The notes below the pieces were generated by a model. It was not told the DNA's origin. It searched no databases and saw nothing but the letters and a program-made list of their open reading frames with translations. This document shows positions 30,443 through 38,865 of a DNA stretch of 64,000 nucleotides, in pieces. The translations under genes were made by a program, and so were the position numbers. This DNA is from an uncultured Gammaproteobacteria bacterium. GTDB taxonomy: Bacteria; Pseudomonadota; Gammaproteobacteria; Competibacterales; JAHEDQ01. The stretch lies in contig CAWAOU010000018.1 in NCBI GenBank assembly GCA_963783675.1, positions 114,627 through 178,626 on the forward strand, read 5' to 3'. Numbering within the stretch: the first letter of the stretch is position 1; each line of letters starts with the position of its first letter.

Positions 30443-30601
30443 AGTCTGTCGGATTGAACCGTTCGAAGCGAAAATTCATCGGGGGCGAATCAAATCAGTT
30501 TATCGGGCGAGGCGAATAGCAGAGCTATTTAACGAGCGCGATAAGGTGAGTTGATCGCCATCCGTGGATTTGCAGCCGAACAGCGTTAAATCCGACAGAC
30601 T
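30443..30601. repeat. 13-bp perfect inverted repeat enclosing 133 bp directly upstream of iclR-family gene
   Basis: AGTCTGTCGGATT (30443-30455) and AATCCGACAGACT (30589-30601). The interior carries direct repeats ATCGGGGGCGAAT and ATCGGGCGAGGCGAAT. Confidence 0.5.
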
Positions 30602-30624
30602 CCTAGTTTCGAATCGAGAACCAA

Positions 30625-31470
30625 ATGACTGAACGACGCTCCCCTGGCCGCCCTCGAACGACGCCTCCCACCCGGACCAGTGCCCAGTCGGGCAGTGGCC
30701 AGGTTCAGTCCCTGACCCGTGGCCTGCGTCTGCTGACGGCGCTGGCCGAGGCCGGGGATGGCGCCACGCTGACCGACCTCGCGCTCCAGGTGGGGCTGGC
30801 CCCCTCCACCACCCACCGGCTTCTGAATACCTTGGAAAAGGAGGCCTTTGTCCATCAGGACACGGGCCAGGGGCGCTGGTTTGTGAGCGTCAAGGCGTTC
30901 CAGGTTGGCAACGCGTTTCTCAATACCCGCGACATCGTGGCACGTGCCCGGCCCCACCTGCAGGAACTGATGGAAGCCTCGGGGGAAACAGTGAACCTGG
31001 CGGTGCCCGACCAGGGTGAAGCCGTGATGATGGCCCAGGTGCAATGCCACGAGATGATGCGCATGCTGGTGCCGTTGGGCAGTCGCGCACCGATGCACGC
31101 CTCCGGCGTGGGCAAGGCGCTGCTGGCAGCCATGTCCAACAGCGAGGTGAACCGCATCATCGAACAGCGCGGTCTGTCGAGTTACACGGATTCCACGATG
31201 GACAGTCCGGAACGACTGATGATCGAGCTCAACGCGGTCCGCGAAGCAGGCTGGGCATACGACAACGAAGAGCATGCTGTGGGATTGCGCTGCGTGGCAG
31301 CGCCCATTTACGACGAACACGGGCTGCCGGTGGCGGCCATTTCCGTCTCCGGACCCCGTTCCCGCGTATCCAACGAGCAAGTCGCCGAGCTCGGATCCAT
31401 GGTGTCCCGTGCCGCGGCGAGCATCACGCGGGCCATCGGCGGTGCAGCCCCGCGCAACACCACCGCGTGA
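30625..31470 (+). CDS. IclR family transcriptional regulator
   Basis: N-terminal wHTH (VQSLTRGLRLLTALAEAGDGATLTDLALQVGLAPSTTHRLLNTLE) plus an IclR effector domain. Confidence 0.9.
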   Translation: MTERRSPGRPRTTPPTRTSAQSGSGQVQSLTRGLRLLTALAEAGDGATLTDLALQVGLAPSTTHRLLNTLEKEAFVHQDTGQGRWFVSVKAFQVGNAFLNTRDIVARARPHLQELMEASGETVNLAVPDQGEAVMMAQVQCHEMMRMLVPLGSRAPMHASGVGKALLAAMSNSEVNRIIEQRGLSSYTDSTMDSPERLMIELNAVREAGWAYDNEEHAVGLRCVAAPIYDEHGLPVAAISVSGPRSRVSNEQVAELGSMVSRAAASITRAIGGAAPRNTTA

Positions 31471-31605
31471 GCACTGAGCAATGCGGTTCCTGGGCGATCC
31501 GGTCCCGCGGGCAACACCTGCTCAAGGTCACTGGGCGACTGCTGAGAAATTCAGTATATTAACCTTTTCTTATTCGCCTATTCGGCGCGCGTTTTGGAGT
31601 TCACT

Positions 31606-31926
31606 ATGATCAACCTCATCAGGTCGGTCCACATCAACGGGGTGGAATTCAACACCAACCGGGATCCACAGTTCTACCGTCGCAGCGTCAACGAACCGTT
31701 CTCCATCCAGCTCTATCTGACCGGCACCGGTCGCGCCGATGCGACTCTGGAGATCGCAGGCGAAGGCGAAGACGCAAAATCGATCGAACTGCCCGGGCGC
31801 GTCGCCTGGGAGGCCCGGTTTGAATCCGCCGGTACGCGCGTCGGGCGGGTCACCGTCACCTGCGGTGATCAGAGCGAACACAGAGACTTGCGGTTTGACG
31901 TGGAAGCACATGCCTGGGTCGGCTGA
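31606..31926 (+). CDS. Hypothetical small protein
   Basis: 106 aa from the ATG at 31606 (GGAG 6 nt upstream). No recognisable motif; composition suggests a beta-rich fold. Confidence 0.45.
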   Translation: MINLIRSVHINGVEFNTNRDPQFYRRSVNEPFSIQLYLTGTGRADATLEIAGEGEDAKSIELPGRVAWEARFESAGTRVGRVTVTCGDQSEHRDLRFDVEAHAWVG

Positions 31927-31973
31927 CGATTCGGATCAATTTCCCCTGGTCCCGGGCATATCGGGCGGAATAC

Positions 31974-32363
31974 TCATCCGCCCCAGGCATACTGCTCGAA
32001 GAACATCGGTAACACCCGGCCGACTTCGTTCTTGGCGAAGAATCGATCGGCCCGGGCCAGACGCATCTCGTCCCGGATGTCATCATCACCGCCAAAGCAG
32101 AATACGGCCAGGTTGATCTGGTGCTGGTTTCTGATTTCGCGAATCACGTCCATGGGATCAAAGACATCGCATTCGTCGAGATCCAGAACCAGGAAACGAA
32201 ACAACAACAGTTCATGCCATTCGCCGGCCTGGTCCAGATCATCCACCTTAACCTGATCCCAACCCGGAGGCGTAAGGCTCTGACAGTCCGCCACAAAGCC
32301 ACCGTCGGTGCTGAGCAGCAGATAGCGTCGCCTTAAGCGCTGCTCGATGGTCGGTTCACTCAT
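31974..32363 (-). CDS. Degenerate CheY-like receiver domain protein
   Basis: 129 aa. Receiver-like spacing (RYLLLSTDGG; FLVLDLDECDVFDPMDVIREIR; LAVFCFGGDDD; FFAKNE) with incomplete acidic-pocket conservation. 4-nt overlap with the upstream LplA-like gene. Confidence 0.45.
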   Translation of the reverse strand: MSEPTIEQRLRRRYLLLSTDGGFVADCQSLTPPGWDQVKVDDLDQAGEWHELLLFRFLVLDLDECDVFDPMDVIREIRNQHQINLAVFCFGGDDDIRDEMRLARADRFFAKNEVGRVLPMFFEQYAWGG

Positions 32364-33352
32364 GGGATTCCCCGTACGATTTCCCGCGCCTCGTCTACCA
32401 GCGGTATCGCGCCTGTCGGCCCAAGACAGCGGCGTGCCGCCCGCTCGAACGCCTTGGATGAGGGCGCCAGGCCCTTTAGCTCGTCCAACGCCCGATCCCG
32501 ATGCCGAATACGCATTATTCTGCCTTGTTTCAGGATCAGCCGGGTTGACTCGAGTTCAAGCAGAAAGGTCCCGTGGTTCACCTTGATGCCATGACGAACC
32601 TGGCGGCGGCCATCGGGGTATGCACTCTGTTCCAGTTCTGCCCTGACCTCGGGCAGTTCGTCCCGTTCAGCCGCGGTCAGTTCGGATCCGGCGAAACGCA
32701 GACCCAGGTTATCGCCCAAAGCGGTGCGGAATCGTTGGGCAAGCTCAGACCGTTTCGGGGGAATGCCCTCAGTCATCCAGTCGGTCATCCCGTCACGCAG
32801 GGCCCGAGCCAGCCAGTTACGGTACCCAGACGTGGGTGCCGAGACCAGACCGGCGAAGGTTTCGGCATCGAACCGATGCATAAAACTTGAGCCAATCAAA
32901 TGCGCCTCTCCCACGCTTGCGGCGCCGCTGCCCAGGATCTTGCGTTCAACACACCAAAGATCGCCGATCCCGACGGTTCGCAGGTTCAGCCCAAAAGCAC
33001 GGTAGGTGCTGCGGGCTGCCGCGAGCACCATGGAAAACAAGGTCACCCTCGCCGCCTTGATCAGATCGCGGTGCACGATCAGATAGAAACTGTCCTGCCC
33101 ATCGTCCACCAGTACGGTGCCCCCACCCAGGCAGCGGCGGGTTGTCACGACCCCCCGTGACTGGCAGGCACCCAGATCCAGTTCCGCGCCCGGATCCTGA
33201 CTCGCACCGACGCACATCTGGGTTTGGGCAGAGCGCATCCACACCAAGACCGACGAGTCACCGACCCGCATGCATTCGGCGATGGCCATGGGAACCGCAT
33301 GCATTTCCCGAGGATCGGTGGCGCCGAGTTCGATCCAGCGACCCACTGTCAT
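32360..33352 (-). CDS. Lipoate-protein ligase A-like protein (second, divergent LplA paralog)
   Basis: 330 aa, collinear with E. coli LplA. Motifs: TTRRCLGGGTVLVDDGQDSFY (RRxxGGGxV motif) and the catalytic-lysine block VERKILGSGAAS. Confidence 0.7.
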   Translation of the reverse strand: MTVGRWIELGATDPREMHAVPMAIAECMRVGDSSVLVWMRSAQTQMCVGASQDPGAELDLGACQSRGVVTTRRCLGGGTVLVDDGQDSFYLIVHRDLIKAARVTLFSMVLAAARSTYRAFGLNLRTVGIGDLWCVERKILGSGAASVGEAHLIGSSFMHRFDAETFAGLVSAPTSGYRNWLARALRDGMTDWMTEGIPPKRSELAQRFRTALGDNLGLRFAGSELTAAERDELPEVRAELEQSAYPDGRRQVRHGIKVNHGTFLLELESTRLILKQGRIMRIRHRDRALDELKGLAPSSKAFERAARRCLGPTGAIPLVDEAREIVRGIP

Positions 33353-33503
33353 AAAGCGAAAGCAGGCATTTGCGTCAGGCAGACAGCAGGGAAAGGCAGT
33401 GACAACTCAGGGAGCCTCGGATCTATTGGTGAACGTTCATCCTGGGACAAGAATCTGCTTCGTTCAGAACCAATCAGAGGCGCCTCAGCCAAGCGGGGTA
33501 GCC

Positions 33504-33905
33504 TCACTCACCGTCCGCATCGGCGGCCGGATCGGACCGGTAAAATTGCTTGAAGTAGAAATCCTTCTGGCGAAGCTCCTGATACAGAGCCGCACGCTCC
33601 TCCACGCCTTGGCGCAGAATTCGGATCAGAGCCTTGGCCTGCTCCCCGTCCACCAAGTGCATTTGGCCGACCAGATCATGATCCGTTTCCAGAATATGGC
33701 CCTCCAGTTCCCCCGGCTGATCCAGATAGAGCAACATGGATGCACATTCCGGATCCTCCGGATCCAGCGGCTGAAACACCACCTTGCCCAGCCAGGCGAG
33801 TCTGGCCACCTGATTGAACTGTCCTAGATCGAACTTCTTGCCCTGTTTGTACTTGTTCAACTCATTGCGGATGGCGCCGAGATTGGTGACCTTGATGGAT
33901 TTCAT
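33504..33905 (-). CDS. Hypothetical protein
   Basis: 133 aa ORF, co-directional between the fadL-like and lplA-like genes. No recognisable motif. Confidence 0.5.
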   Translation of the reverse strand: MKSIKVTNLGAIRNELNKYKQGKKFDLGQFNQVARLAWLGKVVFQPLDPEDPECASMLLYLDQPGELEGHILETDHDLVGQMHLVDGEQAKALIRILRQGVEERAALYQELRQKDFYFKQFYRSDPAADADGE

Positions 33906-33963
33906 GCCCTTACCTCGACCGGCTCGCCGGACGGCTCACCACCGACCGGCGGCCGAAACCGGA

Positions 33964-35310
33964 TCAGAATCGCTTGGAGTAATTGAGGGACAGTTCGTAC
34001 TGCTTCATCTCGAGCTCAACATTCTGCGACGGATCAAAGGCGTTGGGGCCCTTGACCGACTCGGACGGCGCATACATAAAAGAAAAATCGATGCCGCTGT
34101 CGTCGCTGAGCGTCCGGGTGAAGCCAAAAGTGAAGTGCTGCTTGACCACCCCTGGGGCCAGAATATTGAACAGCACCTGGCTCTTCGGGATGGGTTGATC
34201 GTTGTATGAGTATCCCGCGCGCCAGGTCCATGCGGGGCTGGATTGCCATTGAAAACCCAGTTTATAGACATTTATGTTCTGCCAGCCGAAGCCGGGACCC
34301 TTGTTGCCGCCCAGCAGAAGATCGTTGTTTCCGGTCATCGCCCCCTGCATCAGGGAACTGGTATTCAGCTTATTGTGTATGGAATCCTCGTCGCTGTACC
34401 AGATGCGCTGCCAATCGAAAAACAGGGTCTTGGAGTCATCCACGTCCCAGGCCAGCCCCAGGCTTAAGGTGGATGGGATGTCGAAACTGCCTTGATTTGC
34501 GAACAGGCCCTTGTAGTCATCGAACTTGGTCATCCAGATTTTGCTCTGGTAGGCCAGCCCCAGATGCAAGCCGTCAACCACCTCGCCCTGGAGACCCAGG
34601 CGCACGCCCATGCCATAGGAAAAATCATGACCATTGTTGGTCAGTTTGTCCGGGTTGCTGGAGAACCCGAACTGACCGAAACGTCCCAACCCTTTTGCCT
34701 CAAACCATTGCATCGCCACAATGGGCGTCACCCCCCAGGAAAACTTCTCATTGATACGGCGCGAATACGTCGGGGAAATAAACAGCTGCATGAGATCAAC
34801 GCCGGTCTCGCCATCGCAGAAGGTGCCGCCCTGCCCCGGCGGAATACCGGTGCCCGGCGCCCCGGCCAACGCGCACGATGCATTGGAACTGTAGTCAGTG
34901 TTCATACCGCCGTTGCCGTATACCGCCACACCCCAGGAGGATTCTTCGTCAATCTCGCTGGCATAGCCGAAACTCGGCAGCAGGAAGTAGTTGGAGTCAC
35001 TGTCTTCCTTACCCTGTCCCAGGGGGAACGTGCCGGGCTGAAACGAGGGGTTGCCGCTGACGGTATACTTGCGGCGCGGGCTGAACAGGGCCGCCCCCAG
35101 ATCCCACTGATTGCCGATGTTGACCAGCCCGGCCGGGTTCATGGCCTGGGCCAGTGAGTCCTGAGGCTTGGCCACCCCGGCCCCGGCCAACCCTTTATGG
35201 ATGGTGCTGTAACCATTGGCGAAGTACCCGGTGGTGGCCTGGGCACCCGTCCCAGCCAGCAGGGCGAGACTCGCCGCACCCGCTGCAAGTAGGTGTGATA
35301 ACTTCCTCAC
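33964..35310 (-). CDS. FadL/TodX-family outer membrane transporter for hydrophobic compounds
   Basis: 448 aa. Signal peptide ending AQA. N-terminal hatch motif TTGYFANGYSTIHKGLAGAGVA. Beta-barrel with a C-terminal aromatic residue (YSKRF). Confidence 0.85.
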   Translation of the reverse strand: MRKLSHLLAAGAASLALLAGTGAQATTGYFANGYSTIHKGLAGAGVAKPQDSLAQAMNPAGLVNIGNQWDLGAALFSPRRKYTVSGNPSFQPGTFPLGQGKEDSDSNYFLLPSFGYASEIDEESSWGVAVYGNGGMNTDYSSNASCALAGAPGTGIPPGQGGTFCDGETGVDLMQLFISPTYSRRINEKFSWGVTPIVAMQWFEAKGLGRFGQFGFSSNPDKLTNNGHDFSYGMGVRLGLQGEVVDGLHLGLAYQSKIWMTKFDDYKGLFANQGSFDIPSTLSLGLAWDVDDSKTLFFDWQRIWYSDEDSIHNKLNTSSLMQGAMTGNNDLLLGGNKGPGFGWQNINVYKLGFQWQSSPAWTWRAGYSYNDQPIPKSQVLFNILAPGVVKQHFTFGFTRTLSDDSGIDFSFMYAPSESVKGPNAFDPSQNVELEMKQYELSLNYSKRF

Positions 35311-35489
35311 GATATCTGCTCCGTAATCTCTAACGCATGGTTTGTCGACGCAGACATCCCTGTCGACTCACCACATCCAAGCCACCACCTGGTCGATTCA
35401 CCAAATGTGCCGTTCCCTGCCGATGGGAACAAAAACCGGAGCTCTATTGCGTGCGCGGCCCCGTGCTTTTCCGGTCGATTTCTCTCTTG

Positions 35490-36644
35490 TCAATCCAGGT
35501 CTTCGTGATCCAGCGTGCCCACGTTCTCACCGGCCATCTGTCGACGGACGAACCCCACGTCGGAGGCGTTTAGCACAAACGGAAAGGACAGAATGTCCGC
35601 CGGGCTGGAATCCCCATAGGGTCGATTACAGGCCGACACTTCCTCATCGGATTTGCCTGGGCATCCGGAGGTTTGAAACGGTTTGCCGGATGCAATCAGC
35701 GATTCGAGTTCATTGCGATCAAGCCCAAAATCCACCACCCGACCTGCGTCGTCAAAGCGCATGTCATCTATCCGGCCGCCGGCATAATCGATGATGAATC
35801 GGGCGAGCTGCACGCGACGCCACTGATCCCGGGATACCGGATTCCAGTCTTCCATCATCGAGCCCTGCTCGGGGAAGAACGCGAACATGTGGTTGTGCCC
35901 ACCCAGGTCCCGTATGCGTTGGGCGATGTCGAGCATCTCCCGCTCGGTCTCACCCATGCCGCAGATCAGGTGAGCACCGAACTTCTCCGGGCCAAAGATC
36001 TCCGCCGCCCACTCGATGGCCTGCCAATACTTGCGCCAGGTGTGGGGGCTGTCCACGGTCTTGCCCCGGGTACGCTCGAAGATCTCCGGTGTGACCGCAT
36101 CCACCGCAACGGTGAAAATGTCCGCACCTTCGTCCCGCAGCCGCAGGATGTCGTCGCGATTCAGCGTGGTCGGATTGGACAGAATGGAAACCGGTATATG
36201 CGCGACCTGATCCACCCACTTACGCAGCAGCACAAAGGTGTCATGGTCCGAGTTGGGATGGGTGATCATGGAGATGCACATGCGCTCGAACTGACCCCGG
36301 TCATCCCCGCTTCGGACCCTCGCGATGACGTCGTCGTAGTGAACGGTGGGCCAATCCACGCGAATGAAATTACGGTCCGCATAGTCGCGTGATTCTTCAC
36401 GATGACGCGCCAGACCGCAGTAGCTGCAGTTGGCCCGGCAACCCTCCGGGTACGTCACCAGAAGGTTCAGACAATGGGTGCAGGCGGTGCGGTGCATGGT
36501 CCCCGGCACCAAGCCCAGGGTGATGGCGGCCGCAGTGGACAGCTGCACGTACTCCGGTGACCGCATATCCGGTGTCTGGATGTGATAGTCAGGCCGGTAG
36601 AAGGTTACCGGCGCTTCAGTTACCGAATCAGCCCTGACACTCAT
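35490..36644 (-). CDS. Radical SAM protein, LipS-type lipoyl synthase subunit (distal copy; LipS2 by position only)
   Basis: 384 aa. Radical SAM cluster motif CRANCSYCGL (CxxxCxxC). Located after the lipT-like gene, as in sHdr-associated lipoate assembly clusters. Confidence 0.75.
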   Translation of the reverse strand: MSVRADSVTEAPVTFYRPDYHIQTPDMRSPEYVQLSTAAAITLGLVPGTMHRTACTHCLNLLVTYPEGCRANCSYCGLARHREESRDYADRNFIRVDWPTVHYDDVIARVRSGDDRGQFERMCISMITHPNSDHDTFVLLRKWVDQVAHIPVSILSNPTTLNRDDILRLRDEGADIFTVAVDAVTPEIFERTRGKTVDSPHTWRKYWQAIEWAAEIFGPEKFGAHLICGMGETEREMLDIAQRIRDLGGHNHMFAFFPEQGSMMEDWNPVSRDQWRRVQLARFIIDYAGGRIDDMRFDDAGRVVDFGLDRNELESLIASGKPFQTSGCPGKSDEEVSACNRPYGDSSPADILSFPFVLNASDVGFVRRQMAGENVGTLDHEDLD

Positions 36645-36694
36645 GGGTGCATACTCCTGATATCCCGTTTCCTGCCGGCGTGACTGGGCCGACC

Positions 36695-37774
36695 TCAGGC
36701 AAAGTACTCGTCGAATGCGATCCAGCCCCGCCGCATTGCTGCGTCAGAACCGGCCATCGATGTCCGCCACACGGCGGCCAACTCAAGGCGCCGCGCCACC
36801 GCGCGATCCAGCGCAACCTGAAACTGGTCACGCATGTCTTCTTCGTAATCATCCAGGGCCGCATGGTCACCGCCCAACCAGGCCCGCGCCGCCGCACCGG
36901 CAGCCTCACCGGACACCACGGCAGCGTGGATTCCCGCGCCCGTAATGGGATGGGTCAGGCCGGCCGCGTCCCCCACAAACACCGCCGCGCCCCAATGGAG
37001 TTGCGAACGCAAACCGCCCACGGGAATCAATCCACCGGTGCGACCCAGAATGCGTCGGCCGACAATGCCGCGCTCCACCATGCTGGCGTGCAGTCGATCC
37101 AGGGGGCCTTTCAGATCACGGTCGTAGCGGCGATCAGCGCCCAGTCCGAGATTGGCGACCTCTCCCTTGGGAAACAGCCAGCCATAGCCGCCGGGGTAGT
37201 CATCGGACAGGAATACATCGGTGTCGCCGTAGGGCAACCGCAACGGTACCGTATATTGCCGGGTGTTGACCGTCTCCAGGGGTGTCAAACCAAGTTTCTC
37301 CGCAACCGATGAACCGGGTCCGTCGGCAGCGATCAACAGCCGATAGGCAATGCTTTCCAGGGCGCCGTTCTGGCGCCTTATCTGGGCCTGATTGCGCGCC
37401 GGGTCCAGATTCACCAGGCCGGCGCCGCTCCACAGCTCGGCGCCGGCCTGCCGGGCTCGAGCCGCGATGGCCTGATCAAAGCGGGCCCGGTCTATCATCA
37501 GACCGGGAAACTCGGTGGCTACGCGCGCATGGGAGGGCAACTCGGTTTGCATACCGTTGATCCGCTGAACCAGGACCCCGTCCTCACGGGCATATCCCCC
37601 CATGGGGTTGGGAATGAACTCCGCGCACTGAACCGGGCTGCCCAACTGCTGCTTGCGATCGATCCCAACAACGCTCAGGCCGGCCGCTGCCGCACTGGCG
37701 GCCGCACTGCCGCCACCGGGTCCCAGGCCGACGATCAGCAGGTCCACCTCACGGCGGCGCTGTGCTTCAGCCAT
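36695..37774 (-). CDS. Geranylgeranyl-reductase-like FAD-dependent oxidoreductase (LipT-type)
   Basis: FAD fingerprint DLLIVGLGPGGGSAAASAAAAG. Start is trimmed to the ATG at 37774, which overlaps the upstream stop in ATGGCTGA (8-nt overlap). Confidence 0.8.
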   Translation of the reverse strand: MAEAQRRREVDLLIVGLGPGGGSAAASAAAAGLSVVGIDRKQQLGSPVQCAEFIPNPMGGYAREDGVLVQRINGMQTELPSHARVATEFPGLMIDRARFDQAIAARARQAGAELWSGAGLVNLDPARNQAQIRRQNGALESIAYRLLIAADGPGSSVAEKLGLTPLETVNTRQYTVPLRLPYGDTDVFLSDDYPGGYGWLFPKGEVANLGLGADRRYDRDLKGPLDRLHASMVERGIVGRRILGRTGGLIPVGGLRSQLHWGAAVFVGDAAGLTHPITGAGIHAAVVSGEAAGAAARAWLGGDHAALDDYEEDMRDQFQVALDRAVARRLELAAVWRTSMAGSDAAMRRGWIAFDEYFA

Positions 37775-38273
37775 GGACCTGCTCCGGTGCCGAGGCAACC
37801 GCCGACCGGATCGCGGCAACCAGGTCAGCAGGCTCAAGCATCAACATCTGCACCGGGTACTGATCGAAAAAGCGACTGACATTGCGCTCCAACTCGGCCA
37901 GCGCCGTGTTTCGCAATGCGCTTTCCAGATCCACCACCACACGTCTGGGTGCGGCGAAAAAATCCCCGGTGATCCACACCTGGTTCAACCGTTGCCGAGG
38001 CTGGTCAAGCACCACCCCACAGCGCAGGGTGCCACCGCTGCACCGGTGGATCGCTTCACGCATCGGCGCCTCGGTGACCGGTCGATCGCGTTGATAGACC
38101 CAGTCGTCGCAGTCGATTTCTGCCAGCGCCTCGACATACAGGGCTTGTTCCGCCGAATTGAGTTCCGATGCAACTTCATACCGAGCGCCGAAAGCCTCGC
38201 CAAAGGCGTTCGCAAGTGCCTGTCTGACGGTATCCAGCGGTGGCGGAGATCCGAGCAGATCCTGCAGACTCAC
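37767..38273 (-). CDS. Lipoate-protein ligase sLpl(AB), C-terminal (LplB-like) domain portion
   Basis: 168 aa ORF aligning with the LplA C-terminal domain. Its reading frame stays open upstream and reads PAEKLSDKAIASARERV, continuing the homology of the preceding ORF. Confidence 0.75.
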   Translation of the reverse strand: MSLQDLLGSPPPLDTVRQALANAFGEAFGARYEVASELNSAEQALYVEALAEIDCDDWVYQRDRPVTEAPMREAIHRCSGGTLRCGVVLDQPRQRLNQVWITGDFFAAPRRVVVDLESALRNTALAELERNVSRFFDQYPVQMLMLEPADLVAAIRSAVASAPEQVHG

Positions 38274-38301
38274 GACCCGCTCGCGGGCGGAGGCGATGGC
38301 C

Positions 38302-38865
38302 TTATCCGACAGCTTCTCCGCCGGGAATCCTCAGCACGCGCAGCATCCGCTCAACGTCGAACGCCACCAGCACGGTACCCTGATAAAGTATGGAATCGCC
38401 GTCGAACGCGCCACCGGTGCCCGATATCTTCCGTCCTTCCACCTCGATGTCGTTACGCGGTCGAAAGCGGGCATCGACCCCCAGGCTGCTCAAACCAGCG
38501 GCAGCGGCCTCACAGATGCGTCGGGCGATGGTGGTCATGTCGGCGGTACCCAGCACCGCTTTGTCCAGAAACAGTTCCCAACCCAGATGCTCAGGCGCGA
38601 AGTAAATGGCGCCGCCCCCGGTCAGTCGCCGTTGGATCTCGATATCGTGGGCTCGGATGTAGTCGAGATTGAGCTCCTGCTCAACGTTCTGATGAAACCC
38701 CAGAAGCGCCGAAGCTTGGAAACGCAGGAAGCGCAGCGTATGCGGTGAAGTGCCGGCCTGATGGGACTCGAGCAACGCCCGGTCGATGGCGAAATTCTCC
38801 GCCGCCCGTCTCAAGCCGGTATCCAGCACTCGCCATTGAACCGGGTCTCGTGCCTTCACGGGCAA
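38302..38865 (-). CDS. Lipoate-protein ligase sLpl(AB), N-terminal catalytic domain portion
   Basis: 187 aa. Motifs: IQRRLTGGGAIYFAPEHLGWE and the catalytic-lysine block EGRKISGTGGAF. It ends ...RVLRIPGGEAVG*, exactly where a 1-nt shift would join it to the next ORF. Confidence 0.8.
   Translation of the reverse strand: MPVKARDPVQWRVLDTGLRRAAENFAIDRALLESHQAGTSPHTLRFLRFQASALLGFHQNVEQELNLDYIRAHDIEIQRRLTGGGAIYFAPEHLGWELFLDKAVLGTADMTTIARRICEAAAAGLSSLGVDARFRPRNDIEVEGRKISGTGGAFDGDSILYQGTVLVAFDVERMLRVLRIPGGEAVG

Noticed and set aside
35311-35489. Possible terminator ACCGGA...TCCGGTTTTT after the distal radical SAM gene, and GTCGAC-n12-GTCGAC repeat upstream of fadL
   Set aside because: The stem is only 6 bp with a roughly 30-nt loop, and the GTCGAC pairs are short. 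This is insufficient to call a terminator or operator, although an internal promoter here is plausible.
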